This document shows, piece after piece, positions 19,857 to 28,840 of a DNA stretch of 64,000 bases. Each line of letters opens with the position of its first letter. Within the stretch, counting starts at the first letter, position 1. The notes below the pieces were generated by a model. The model had not been told where the DNA came from. It ran no database searches and saw only the letters and a program-made list of their open reading frames with translations. The translations under genes and the position numbers were made by a program. The DNA lies in NCBI GenBank assembly GCA_031270005.1, contig JAISYJ010000137.1, forward strand, positions 34,087 through 98,086. The letters run 5' to 3'. The stretch comes from Hungatella sp. GTDB taxonomy: Bacteria; Bacillota; Clostridia; Lachnospirales; Lachnospiraceae.

Positions 19857-20515
19857 AAGAAGAAATCAGAGGTTTGATCGTTACCGGAGGTACCATGGAT
19901 TATGGATTTGCCGGCAGATTTTTAGAAAACAGAGAGTTTGATAAAGTCATCGCAGTAGATGGCGGACTGGCGGCTCTTTCCAGGCTTCAGTTAAAGCCTG
20001 ATGCCATTGTGGGAGATTTTGATACGGTGGCAGAAGATGTCCTGGCAGAATATAAAAACAGCCAGGACAAGATTACTTGGGAAATCCATAAACCGGAAAA
20101 GGATGAGACCGATACAGAGCTTGCCATAAATACCGCCATAGGACTTGGCTGCTCGGAGCTAGTCCTGCTTGGTGCAACGGGAGGAAGGCTGGATCATTTT
20201 ATCGGTAATCTCCATCTTCTCTATGCATGTCTGAAAAAAGGCGTAAAAGCCTCTATCGTTGACGAAAAAAACTGGATTACGGTGATCGATAAGGGAAGAA
20301 CGTTTCATGCAGAAACATTATGGGGGAAGTACATTTCCTTCCTTCCCCTGTGCGGAGAAGTGAAGAAAATCACATTGACCGGATTCAAATATCCTCTTTA
20401 TGAAAAGGATATTGACTTAGGAACAAGCCTGTGTATCAGCAATGAGCTGACCGGTGAGGAGGGCATGATTGAATTCGCGTCCGGAACCCTGATTTGTATC
20501 CAGTCCCATGATTAA
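19853..20515 (+). CDS. thiN: Thiamine diphosphokinase
   Basis: AVDGG, GDFD, KDETDTELA, GATGGRLDH, SNE motifs; conserved rsgA-rpe-thiN synteny. Confidence 0.93.
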   Translation: MKEEIRGLIVTGGTMDYGFAGRFLENREFDKVIAVDGGLAALSRLQLKPDAIVGDFDTVAEDVLAEYKNSQDKITWEIHKPEKDETDTELAINTAIGLGCSELVLLGATGGRLDHFIGNLHLLYACLKKGVKASIVDEKNWITVIDKGRTFHAETLWGKYISFLPLCGEVKKITLTGFKYPLYEKDIDLGTSLCISNELTGEEGMIEFASGTLICIQSHD

Positions 20516-20576
20516 ACTGGCATGGTTTAATATATGGAAACTGGATATTTATATCACTCCACTTGCATGCTAAGAT
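20514..20576 (+). promoter_or_regulatory. Promoter with putative MocR/PdxR-type operator
   Basis: AAACTGG at 20514 and 20538, inverted TCCACTT at 20558; TTTATA (20548-53), 17 bp, TG-C-TAAGAT (20571-76). Confidence 0.5.
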
Positions 20577-20611
20577 AAAGAACAACATAAGCAGCAAGGG
20601 AGGAATTACCA

Positions 20612-21199
20612 ATGAGTAAAACAGACAACAGGATTTATAAAACCGCACTGACAGGACTATTTGCAGCCATGTCCTATGTAGTATTTACGTTCCTGCAATT
20701 TAAGATCACACTTCCGGGAGGAGATGCCACATCCATTCATCTGGGAAATGCGGTCTGTGTTTTGGGAGCGCTTTTATTAGGTGGGCTGTACGGCGGATTA
20801 GGCGGTGCCATCGGCATGACCATAGGAGATCTTTTTGACCCGGTTTATGTGGTCTATGCACCAAAGACTTTTGTACTAAAGCTGTGCATCGGCCTTATCA
20901 CCGGATTTTTGGCTCATAAGATCGGCAGGATCAATGAATCCTCTGATAAAAAGCATATACTTTCCTGGACCATTGCGGCCGTGGCAGGAGGACTTTTGTT
21001 CAATGTGATTTTTGATCCCCTGGTGGGTTATTTTTACAAGCTTCTGATCCTGGGAAAACCGGCGGCAGAACTGGCGCTGGCATGGAATGTTGCTTCTACT
21101 TCCATTAATGCAATAACCTCTGCCATTGTTTCCGTCATCATTTATATGCCCCTTCGGAATGCCCTGATCAGATCCGGTTTATTTACGAAAATTTGTTAG
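20612..21199 (+). CDS. ECF transporter S-component, probably for vitamin B6 (PdxU-like)
   Basis: ~195 aa, about six TM helices, IHLGN...GGLYGGLGGAIGMTIGD pattern; directly upstream of pdxK. Confidence 0.75.
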   Translation: MSKTDNRIYKTALTGLFAAMSYVVFTFLQFKITLPGGDATSIHLGNAVCVLGALLLGGLYGGLGGAIGMTIGDLFDPVYVVYAPKTFVLKLCIGLITGFLAHKIGRINESSDKKHILSWTIAAVAGGLLFNVIFDPLVGYFYKLLILGKPAAELALAWNVASTSINAITSAIVSVIIYMPLRNALIRSGLFTKIC

Positions 21200-21202
21200 G
21201 AA

Positions 21203-21237
21203 GCACCCTGCCAAAAAGCGTGAGCAGGAAAGAGGAA
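21203..21237 (+). repeat. Family-1 junction repeat, internally deleted copy
   Basis: GCACCCTGCCAAAAAGCGTGAGCAGGAAAGAGGAA: the 5' and 3' ends of the element are joined and the middle is missing. Confidence 0.75.
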
Positions 21238-21243
21238 ATTTTT

Positions 21244-22083
21244 ATGACATCAGAAATACATCAGAAGAAAATTGCTGTCATTCATGATCTGTCAGGATAT
21301 GGCCGCTGTTCCTTAACAGTGGCCCTTCCCATTCTTTCAGCCTTAAAGGTCCAGTGCTGTCCGGTTCCAACCTCCATACTATCTAATCATACCGGATTTC
21401 CAACCTATTTTTTTGATGATTATACGGAGAAAATGCCTTCATACATTGAACAGTGGAAAAAACTGGATCTGTCCTTTGACGGGATTTACAGCGGATTTTT
21501 AGGCTCCGAGGAACAGATTGGGATTGTCATTGACATGATTAAGGATTTTAGAACACCAGATACAAAGGTTTTGGTGGATCCCATTATGGGAGATCACGGA
21601 AAGGCCTATCAGACCTATACGGAAAGGATGTGCAGCCGTATGAAGGAACTGGTGGGATTTGGAGACATTGTGACCCCCAATCTGACAGAAGCCTGTATCC
21701 TGACCGGAAGGGAATACCGGCCAGAAGGCTGGAAACGTGCAGAGCTTCTTTCAATGGCGGCTGAAATATGGGAAATGGGACCTGATTCCGTGGTGATCAC
21801 AGGTATAAGGGAAGGCGGCTATGTGACCAATGTAGTAGCGGAGAAGGACCGGGAACCCCGCTTTTTACGTTCTCTTCATGTTGGATGTGAACGGCCGGGA
21901 ACCGGAGATGTGTTTTCCAGCATCCTTGCAGCCCAGACCGTGAAGGGAATTCCCTTGACAGAGGCAGTGAAAAAAGCGGCCGGTTTTGTAAAGAACTGTA
22001 TTATAAAATCCGATGAGCTTCATGTTCCGGTGAAAAACGGAGTTTGCTTTGAAGAAATCCTTTCTTTGCTCATTCGAGGATAA
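21244..22083 (+). CDS. pdxK: Pyridoxal/pyridoxamine kinase
   Basis: HDLSGYGRCSL, LSNHTG, YSGFLGS, VDPIMGD, TPNLTE, GTGD motifs; start ATG 21244. Confidence 0.9.
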   Translation: MTSEIHQKKIAVIHDLSGYGRCSLTVALPILSALKVQCCPVPTSILSNHTGFPTYFFDDYTEKMPSYIEQWKKLDLSFDGIYSGFLGSEEQIGIVIDMIKDFRTPDTKVLVDPIMGDHGKAYQTYTERMCSRMKELVGFGDIVTPNLTEACILTGREYRPEGWKRAELLSMAAEIWEMGPDSVVITGIREGGYVTNVVAEKDREPRFLRSLHVGCERPGTGDVFSSILAAQTVKGIPLTEAVKKAAGFVKNCIIKSDELHVPVKNGVCFEEILSLLIRG

Positions 22084-22112
22084 GAATGAAGCAATGGATG
22101 GGGAATTTTAGG

Positions 22113-22139
22113 AAAGGGGCTTTTCTTTGCCCTTTTTTT
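22113..22139 (+). terminator. Probable intrinsic terminator after pdxK
   Basis: AAAGGGGC...GCCCTTT hairpin followed by a T-run. Confidence 0.5.
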
Positions 22140-22215
22140 GTAGTATAATCAACGGCAGACTATCATGCGGGACAACTTTCGCAGAGAATATTGAGGAAAA
22201 ACCAGGAGGAATACC

Positions 22216-23505
22216 ATGTTAGATTTAAAGTTTGTAAGAGAAAATCCTGAAATCGTAAAGGAAAATATTAAGAATAAATTTCAGGACAGCAAGCTGCCTT
22301 TAGTTGATGAAGTTATTGAACTTGATGAGCAGAACCGTGCGGCAAAGCAGGAAGGGGATGCCTTAAGAGCTGAACGCAACAAACTTTCCAAACAGATCGG
22401 CGCCTTAATGGGACAGGGAAAAAAGGAAGAAGCAGAGGAAATGAAGAAAAAAGTGACCGATGCTTCCGAACATCTTGCCCAGTTGGAAGATAAGGAACGT
22501 GACCTGGAAGAAAGAATCAAAAAAATCATGATGACCATTCCGAATATCATTGATCCCAGCGTCCCAATCGGTAAGGATGACAGCGAGAACGTAGAAGTGG
22601 AGCGTTACGGCGAGCCGGTTGTTCCTGAGTTTGAAATTCCTTATCATACGGACATTATGGAAAGCTTTGACGGCATTGACCTTGACAGCGCAAGAAAGGT
22701 GGCCGGCAATGGTTTTTATTACCTGATGGGTGATATTGCAAGGCTTCATTCTTCCGTACTTTCCTATGCAAGAGACTTCATGATAAACCGTGGCTTCACC
22801 TACTGCATTCCGCCTTTCATGATCCGCAGCGAAGTAGTGACCGGCGTTATGAGCTTTGCAGAAATGGATGCCATGATGTATAAGATCGAAGGAGAAGATT
22901 TATATCTGATCGGTACCAGTGAGCATTCCATGATCGGTAAGTTCATTGATACCATTCTTCCGGAAGAAAAGCTTCCAGAGACTCTAACCAGTTATTCTCC
23001 CTGCTTCCGTAAGGAGAAAGGCGCTCACGGCTTAGAGGAACGTGGAGTATACCGGATCCATCAGTTTGAGAAACAGGAAATGATCGTTGTCTGCAAACCG
23101 GAAGAAAGCATGGATTGGTATGATAAATTATGGCAGAATACAGTTGACTTATTCCGTTCCATGGATATTCCGGTAAGAACCCTGGAATGCTGTTCCGGAG
23201 ATCTGGCAGATTTAAAGGTGAAATCAGTGGATGTGGAAGCATGGTCTCCAAGACAGAAAAAATATTTTGAGGTGGGCAGCTGCTCTAATTTAGGCGATGC
23301 CCAGGCAAGAAGACTGAAAATCCGTGTTGCAGGTGAAGATGGAAGAAAGTATTTTGCCCATACCTTAAACAACACCGTAGCGGCTCCTCCAAGAATGCTG
23401 ATCGCTTTCCTGGAAAACAACTTACAGGCAGACGGAACCGTGAAGATTCCGGAAGCTTTACAGCCTTATATGGGGGGCACAAAAGCACTTATGCCGAAAA
23501 AATAA
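22216..23505 (+). CDS. serS: Serine--tRNA ligase
   Basis: N-terminal coiled coil; LIGTSE, CFRKE, RIHQFEKQE, EVGSCSN, HTLN motifs. Confidence 0.97.
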   Translation: MLDLKFVRENPEIVKENIKNKFQDSKLPLVDEVIELDEQNRAAKQEGDALRAERNKLSKQIGALMGQGKKEEAEEMKKKVTDASEHLAQLEDKERDLEERIKKIMMTIPNIIDPSVPIGKDDSENVEVERYGEPVVPEFEIPYHTDIMESFDGIDLDSARKVAGNGFYYLMGDIARLHSSVLSYARDFMINRGFTYCIPPFMIRSEVVTGVMSFAEMDAMMYKIEGEDLYLIGTSEHSMIGKFIDTILPEEKLPETLTSYSPCFRKEKGAHGLEERGVYRIHQFEKQEMIVVCKPEESMDWYDKLWQNTVDLFRSMDIPVRTLECCSGDLADLKVKSVDVEAWSPRQKKYFEVGSCSNLGDAQARRLKIRVAGEDGRKYFAHTLNNTVAAPPRMLIAFLENNLQADGTVKIPEALQPYMGGTKALMPKK

Positions 23506-23515
23506 TAATTTAAAT

Positions 23516-23550
23516 AGGTCCGGCTCTTTCCGAAAGGCCGGGCCTTTCTT
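23516..23550 (+). terminator. Intrinsic terminator after serS
   Basis: AGGTCCGGC...GCCGGGCCT stem followed by TTCTT. Confidence 0.65.
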
Positions 23551-23601
23551 GTCAAATGGATATTCCCAATCCGCGGCTCTGCCTGCTTGATCCGGTTAAA
23601 A
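23550..23601 (-). repeat. Family-2 hairpin repeat (short form)
   Basis: Reverse complement: TTTTAACCGGATCAAGCAGGCAGAGCCGCGGATTGGGAATATCCATTTGACA. Confidence 0.85.
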
Positions 23602-23787
23602 AGAGGAATGGACACAACACCTGAATGCAGGAGGAATGAAAGCCTTTTGATATTTTCTGCAGAAGATATACGGTTGCAGTTGACAAGTGGGATAATAAGT
23701 ATGGTATGATGGATACGGCAAAAGATAGATGTGTAACCGGTAAAAGGAAAACTCATCTGGCGAAAAAAGAAAAGGAGTGACAGCGGC

Positions 23788-24153
23788 ATGATTGCATTTA
23801 ACCATTTTAATTTTAATGTACTTGATCTGGAAAAGAGCTTAAAATTTTATAAAGATGCACTGGGACTTACCCCTGTGCGAGAAAAAACAGCAGCGGATGG
23901 TTCCTTTAAACTGATATATTTAGGTGATGGGAAAAGTGATTTCACCCTGGAACTGACTTATTTAACAGAGCGGAAAGAGCCTTACAACCTGGGCGAATGT
24001 GAATTTCATCTGGCATTCCAAACGGATGAATACGAGAACTTCTATAAAAAGCATAAGGAAATGGGAGTGATCTGTTTTGAAAATCCTGCCATGGGCATTT
24101 ACTTCATCAGTGATCCGGACGGCTATTGGATCGAGATTGTTCCCGCCAGATAA
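23788..24153 (+). CDS. VOC/glyoxalase-family protein (lactoylglutathione lyase-like)
   Basis: NHFNFNVLDLEKSLKFY, LELTY, HLAF, DPDGYWIEI motifs. Confidence 0.88.
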   Translation: MIAFNHFNFNVLDLEKSLKFYKDALGLTPVREKTAADGSFKLIYLGDGKSDFTLELTYLTERKEPYNLGECEFHLAFQTDEYENFYKKHKEMGVICFENPAMGIYFISDPDGYWIEIVPAR

Positions 24154-24162
24154 GGAGAGACC

Positions 24163-24830
24163 GTGTATATTGAGTTAAACGGAATCACATTATATTATGA
24201 GGTGTCCGGAACCGGCCCGGCTATCCTTCTTCTCCATGGAAATGGGGAGGACCACAGCATTTTTAATGAAACGGCGGAGCTTTTAAGAAAAGATTATACT
24301 GTTTATGCCCTGGATTCCAGGGATCATGGAAAAAGCTCCAGAGTGCAGACACTGAGCTACGAGGAAATGGCGGAAGATGTAGCAGAATTTGTCAGAATGC
24401 TGAAGCTTGAAAAGCCTTCTGCTGCGGATTCAGCGACGGTGGGATCATAGGGATACTTACCTCTGTCCGGCATCCTGAGCTTTTTTCAAAGCTGGTGCTT
24501 TGTGGGGCCAATGCTTATCCCCAGGGCTTAAAATGGTACTGGCTCAAATTTTTCGCTATGATCGAAGCCTTAAACCATGACCCAAAGCTTCTGATGATGC
24601 TTAGAGAACCACGGATTACGGTCAAAGAGCTGGAAAGCATTTCTGTTCCAGTGCTTCTTTTGGCAGGAGAACAGGATATGATTCGTGAATCCCATACCCG
24701 CTATCTTGCTTCAAAGATAAAAGGCAGCCGTCTTAGGATTCTTCCCGGAGAAGGGCATGGCAGCTACATCGTCCACAGCAGGAAACTTTATTATTTCATG
24801 AAAAAGTTTCTTAAAAGACCGCTTCCATGA
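24163..24830 (+). pseudogene. Alpha/beta hydrolase split by a 1-bp frameshift
   Basis: Frame 1 has LLHGNGED and DSRDHGKS. GFSDGG (nucleophile elbow) lies in another frame just after ~24420 and continues into ORF 24495..24830. The span is 668 nt, one base short of a whole number of codons. Confidence 0.8.
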
Positions 24831-24840
24831 GAAAAACAAA

Positions 24841-24888
24841 TGTTACGCGGATATTCCCAATCCGCTATGCTGCTTGATTCGGTTAAAA
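24841..24888 (-). repeat. Family-2 hairpin repeat (short form)
   Basis: Reverse complement: TTTTAACCGAATCAAGCAGCATAGCGGATTGGGAATATCCGCGTAACA. Confidence 0.85.
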
Positions 24889-24915
24889 TAAAACATGGGT
24901 GTAAAGAAAAAACAC

Positions 24916-24944
24916 TTGACACCTTATAAAAAGTATTGTATGAT
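24916..24944 (+). promoter_or_regulatory. sigmaA promoter of the ylxM-ffh operon
   Basis: TTGACA (24916-21), 17 bp, TATGAT (24939-44). Confidence 0.75.
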
Positions 24945-24959
24945 ATCCCAGGTGATGAT

Positions 24960-25310
24960 ATGGAAAGGATTGCAAGACAGGGCTTATTATATGATTTCTA
25001 CGGCGCTCTTTTAACAGAGCATCAGAGACATATCTATGAAGATGTTGTTTTTTATGACCTTTCTTTAAGTGAGATTGCAGAAGAACAGGGAATCAGCCGC
25101 CAGGGGGTCCATGACCTCATCAAACGGTGCGACAAGATCCTGGAAGGTTATGAAGAGAAGCTTCATCTGGTACAAAAGTTTGAGCAGACAAAAAAACTGG
25201 CCAGAGAGATCCAGAGTTTGACGAAAGAGTTTGCCGATAGGGCAGACATGAATCTGATCCATCGCATTGAGGAGATATCGGGCGAAATCATCGAGCTGGA
25301 AGCTCATTAG
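24960..25310 (+). CDS. ylxM: YlxM-family SRP-associated DNA-binding protein
   Basis: LLYDFYGALLTEHQ, DLSLSEIAEEQGISRQGVHD, YEEKL; directly upstream of ffh. Confidence 0.93.
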   Translation: MERIARQGLLYDFYGALLTEHQRHIYEDVVFYDLSLSEIAEEQGISRQGVHDLIKRCDKILEGYEEKLHLVQKFEQTKKLAREIQSLTKEFADRADMNLIHRIEEISGEIIELEAH

Positions 25311-25321
25311 GAGGGCGTTAG

Positions 25322-26671
25322 ATGGCTTTTGAGAGCTTATCCGATAAATTACAGAATGTATTTAAAAGTTTAAGAGGCAAAGGACGCTTGTCCGAAGCCG
25401 ATGTGAAAACAGCCCTTAAAGAAGTGAAGATGGCTTTGCTGGAAGCCGATGTAAGCTTTAAGGTTGTTAAACAGTTTATTAGTGCCGTACAGGAGCGGGC
25501 GATTGGACAGGATGTCCAGAACAGCCTGACTCCCGGACAGATGGTTATAAAGATTGTAAATGAAGAGCTGGTAAAGCTGATGGGTTCTGAAACAACTGAA
25601 ATTCAGTTAAAACCTGCCAGTGATATGACCATTATCATGATGGCCGGTCTTCAGGGTGCCGGTAAAACCACCACCACAGCCAAGATTGCCGGAAAGCTCA
25701 AGGCAAAGGGCAGGAAACCGCTTCTCGTTGCCTGTGACGTTTACCGTCCGGCTGCTATCAAGCAGCTGCAGATCAATGGAGAAAAGCAGGGCGTTCCAGT
25801 GTTCTCCATGGGAGAAAACCATAAGCCGGCAGATATTGCAAAGGCTGCGGTTGCCTATGCGGAAAAGAATGACCAGAATGTAATCATTCTGGACACAGCG
25901 GGCCGCCTTCACATTGATGAAGACATGATGAATGAGCTGATCGAAATTAAAGATACAATAGATGTTCATCAGACAATACTGGTAGTAGATGCCATGACAG
26001 GACAGGATGCAGTAAATGTAGCAGGAATGTTCAACGACAAAATTGGCATTGACGGCGTCATCATTACCAAGCTGGACGGTGATACCCGGGGCGGTGCTGC
26101 TCTTTCAATCCGTGCAGTAACGGGAAAACCGGTTCTTTACGTAGGTATGGGAGAAAAGCTTTCCGATCTGGAACAGTTTTATCCGGACCGTATGGCTTCC
26201 AGAATACTTGGTATGGGCGATATCCTTTCCCTTATTGAAAAGGCTGAGACCCAGGTTGACGAAGAAAAAGCAAAAGAGCTGTCCCAAAAACTCCGCAAGG
26301 CGGAATTTGATTACAACGATTTTCTGGACCAGATGAATCAGGTAAAGAAAATGGGCGGAATGGCAAGCATTTTAAGCATGATGCCAGGCATGGGACAGAT
26401 GAAGGATATGGATTTTGATGAAAAAGCCATGGACCGGGTGGAGGCGATCATCCTTTCCATGACCAGCAAAGAACGGTTGAACCCGGAGCTTATGAAAAAT
26501 GCTTCCAGAAAACAGCGTGTGGCTAAGGGCGCAGGCGTGGATATCACCGAGGTAAACCGCATTGTAAAGCAGTTTGACCAGATGAAAAAGATGATGAAAC
26601 AGCTTCCCGGCATGATGGGCGGCGGTAAGCGTCACGGCGGTTTGTTAGGCAAACTGAAATTACCGTTTTAA
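25322..26671 (+). CDS. ffh: Signal recognition particle protein
   Basis: GLQGAGKTTT, DTAGR, TKLDGDTRGG, RMASRILGMGD, Met-rich M domain. Confidence 0.98.
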   Translation: MAFESLSDKLQNVFKSLRGKGRLSEADVKTALKEVKMALLEADVSFKVVKQFISAVQERAIGQDVQNSLTPGQMVIKIVNEELVKLMGSETTEIQLKPASDMTIIMMAGLQGAGKTTTTAKIAGKLKAKGRKPLLVACDVYRPAAIKQLQINGEKQGVPVFSMGENHKPADIAKAAVAYAEKNDQNVIILDTAGRLHIDEDMMNELIEIKDTIDVHQTILVVDAMTGQDAVNVAGMFNDKIGIDGVIITKLDGDTRGGAALSIRAVTGKPVLYVGMGEKLSDLEQFYPDRMASRILGMGDILSLIEKAETQVDEEKAKELSQKLRKAEFDYNDFLDQMNQVKKMGGMASILSMMPGMGQMKDMDFDEKAMDRVEAIILSMTSKERLNPELMKNASRKQRVAKGAGVDITEVNRIVKQFDQMKKMMKQLPGMMGGGKRHGGLLGKLKLPF

Positions 26672-26758
26672 TTACTCTTTTACGTTAGCAAAGCAGATTT
26701 TTCTGCGTTCGCTATAAATTAGTTTTAGAATCCAAGATTTAAGGAGGTGAATTTCACA

Positions 26759-27001
26759 ATGGCAGTAAAAATGAGATTAAAAAGAATGGGTCAGAAAAAG
26801 GCTCCTTTCTATAGAATTGTAGTTGCAGATTCCAGATCTCCAAGAGATGGCAGATTCATCGAAGAGGTTGGTTACTATGATCCTACCACAGAACCAAGCG
26901 TAATCAAGTTTAATGAAGAGAATGCTAAGAAGTGGTTAACAGCAGGTGCTCAGCCAACTGAAGTTGTAAGCAAGCTTTTAAAGATCGCCGGTATCCAGTA
27001 G
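26759..27001 (+). CDS. rpsP: 30S ribosomal protein S16
   Basis: [35 protein letters not shown]; RBS AAGGAGGTG. Confidence 0.98.
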   Translation: MAVKMRLKRMGQKKAPFYRIVVADSRSPRDGRFIEEVGYYDPTTEPSVIKFNEENAKKWLTAGAQPTEVVSKLLKIAGIQ

Positions 27002-27016
27002 TGAGAGGTGAAGCAT

Positions 27017-27244
27017 ATGAAGGAATTAGTAGAAGTAATTGCAAGAGCACTGGTTGATAATCCGGATCAGGTTGTTGTTACTGAAACCGTAAAAGACGAT
27101 GAGATAATCCTTGAACTTACGGTTGCACCTTCCGACATGGGTAAGGTAATTGGCAAACAGGGCAGGATTGCAAAAGCTATCCGCTCTGTTGTAAAAGCAG
27201 CAGCTTCCAAAGAAGACAAAAAGGTTACTGTAGAGATCCAGTAA
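27017..27244 (+). CDS. khpA: KH-domain RNA-binding protein KhpA/YlqC
   Basis: MKELVEVIARALVD, DMGKVIGKQGRIAKAIR. Confidence 0.95.
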   Translation: MKELVEVIARALVDNPDQVVVTETVKDDEIILELTVAPSDMGKVIGKQGRIAKAIRSVVKAAASKEDKKVTVEIQ

Positions 27245-27287
27245 CCAGAAAAGACCGCCGGCCTGTCGGGACGACGGTCCTTTTGGT
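27244..27287 (+). terminator. Hairpin/terminator after khpA
   Basis: AAAGACCG...CGGTCCTTTT. Confidence 0.5.
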
Positions 27288-27416
27288 ATGAATTGAACTT
27301 CTTTGTGCAAATACTCAGAAATAAGCCGGATAGTGATATCCGGTTTCTTTGACATGAGTTCTGAAAGAAGGCAGGTAAAGCGAATCGGATTTCCTTTGCA
27401 TGATATGGAGAGACAG

Positions 27417-27926
27417 ATGGAAAATTTGTTAAGAGTTGGCGTTATTTCCTCCACCCACGGGGTGAAGGGAGAAGTAAAGGTTTATCCAACCACAGATGAC
27501 GTAAATCGTTTTAAAAGTTTGAAAAATGTAATCCTGGATACTGGAAAAGAGCATATGGATCTTGAAATCCAGGGAGTAAAGTTTTTTAAGAATATGGTAA
27601 TCCTTAAGTTTAAAGGATATGATTCCATTGATGATATTGAAAAATACAAAGGAAAAGATTTACTCATAACCAGAGACCAGGCTGTAGAACTGGGACCGGA
27701 TGAAAATTTCATTGTTGACTTAATCGGACTTCGTGTAGTCACCGAAGACGGAAAAGAATTTGGAACATTGACCGATGTGATCAAGACCGGAGCCAATGAT
27801 GTCTATGAAGTAAAAACGGCCGAAGGGAAGGAAGTCCTGCTTCCTGCAATCAAGGAATGCGTGCTAAATGTGGATTTAGGGTCAGGAATTGTTACGGTTC
27901 ACATCATGGACGGGCTTCTGGATTAA
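27417..27926 (+). CDS. rimM: 16S rRNA processing protein RimM
   Basis: [30 protein letters not shown]; start ATG 27417. Confidence 0.96.
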   Translation: MENLLRVGVISSTHGVKGEVKVYPTTDDVNRFKSLKNVILDTGKEHMDLEIQGVKFFKNMVILKFKGYDSIDDIEKYKGKDLLITRDQAVELGPDENFIVDLIGLRVVTEDGKEFGTLTDVIKTGANDVYEVKTAEGKEVLLPAIKECVLNVDLGSGIVTVHIMDGLLD

Positions 27927-27948
27927 AATAGAGGAGTGGAAATAGATA

Positions 27949-28695
27949 ATGAATTATCACATATTAACCCTGTTTCCTGAGATGGTCCTAAACGGCCTCC
28001 ACACCAGCATTATCGGAAGAGCGGCAGAAAAGGGCCTGCTTTCCATTGAAGCCATTGATATCCGGGAATATTCAACAGACAAACACCGCCATGTGGATGA
28101 TTATCCTTATGGAGGCGGAGCCGGAATGGTCATGCAGCCCATGCCGATCTGTGAAGCCTATGATGACTTGTGTGAGAAAATCGGGAAAAAGCCCCGGGTT
28201 ATTTACATGACTCCTCAGGGAAGGGTTTTTAACCAGAGAATTGCAGAGGATCTGGCAAAGGAAGAAGACCTTGTTTTTCTATGCGGTCATTATGAAGGAA
28301 TTGATGAGAGAGCTTTGGAGCTTGTTGCCACGGATTATCTTTCCATTGGCGACTATGTGCTGACAGGTGGCGAGCTTCCGGCCATGGTAATGATTGACTG
28401 CATTTCCCGTCTGATTCCAGGGGTCTTAAACAACGATACCTCTGCAGAATTTGAATCCTTTCACGATAACCTACTGGAATATCCCCAGTATACCAGGCCG
28501 GAAGAGTACAGGGGGCTTAAGGTTCCTGATATCCTTTTATCCGGTCATCATAAAAATATCGATGCCTGGAGAAGGGAACAATCCATTAAGCGGACCCTGG
28601 AACGCAGGCCGGATCTTCTGGCAGATGCCAACCTGTCGAAAAAAGAAGCGGAATATTTAAAAAAGCTTGAAAATGAGCAGGAAAAACAGGAATAA
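27949..28695 (+). CDS. trmD: tRNA (guanine-37-N1)-methyltransferase
   Basis: VDDYPYGGGAGM, CGHYEGIDER, SIGDYVLTGGE, YPQYTRP, LLSGHH. Confidence 0.98.
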   Translation: MNYHILTLFPEMVLNGLHTSIIGRAAEKGLLSIEAIDIREYSTDKHRHVDDYPYGGGAGMVMQPMPICEAYDDLCEKIGKKPRVIYMTPQGRVFNQRIAEDLAKEEDLVFLCGHYEGIDERALELVATDYLSIGDYVLTGGELPAMVMIDCISRLIPGVLNNDTSAEFESFHDNLLEYPQYTRPEEYRGLKVPDILLSGHHKNIDAWRREQSIKRTLERRPDLLADANLSKKEAEYLKKLENEQEKQE

Positions 28696-28780
28696 GCAAT
28701 AGCAGCTATTCGGTTATGCCCGGTGGAGCGGGGCAGGCTGTGAGCAAGTAGGGTGGCGGATTGCAAATATCCGCTTGACA
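28694..28780 (+). repeat. Family-2 hairpin repeat (long form)
   Basis: AAGCAATAGCAGCTATTCGGTTATGCCCGGTGGAGCGGGGCAGGCTGTGAGCAAGTAGGGTGGCGGATTGCAAATATCCGCTTGACA. Confidence 0.9.
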
Positions 28781-28789
28781 AAAAAGGAC

Positions 28790-28818
28790 TTGCAATCCAA
28801 GTTTCTTTATGATAAAAT
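28790..28818 (+). promoter_or_regulatory. sigmaA promoter of rplS
   Basis: TTGCAA (28790-95), 17 bp, TG-A-TAAAAT (28813-18). Confidence 0.7.
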
Positions 28819-28840
28819 GTAAAACGTTGTGGTGAAAAGG

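Noticed and set aside
20516-20611. TPP riboswitch before the ECF S-component (next to thiN)
   Set aside because: The leader is under 100 bp and lacks the CTGAGA...ACCTG core; a protein-operator pattern fits better.
22084-22215. T-box leader upstream of serS
   Set aside because: The gap is only ~130 bp, and no TGGNACC T-box motif or antiterminator is visible.
26685-26713. AGC(A/G)AAGCAGATT(T/C)TT shared between 26687 and 32903 as a third repeat family
   Set aside because: Only ~17 bp and two instances, which is too weak to call.
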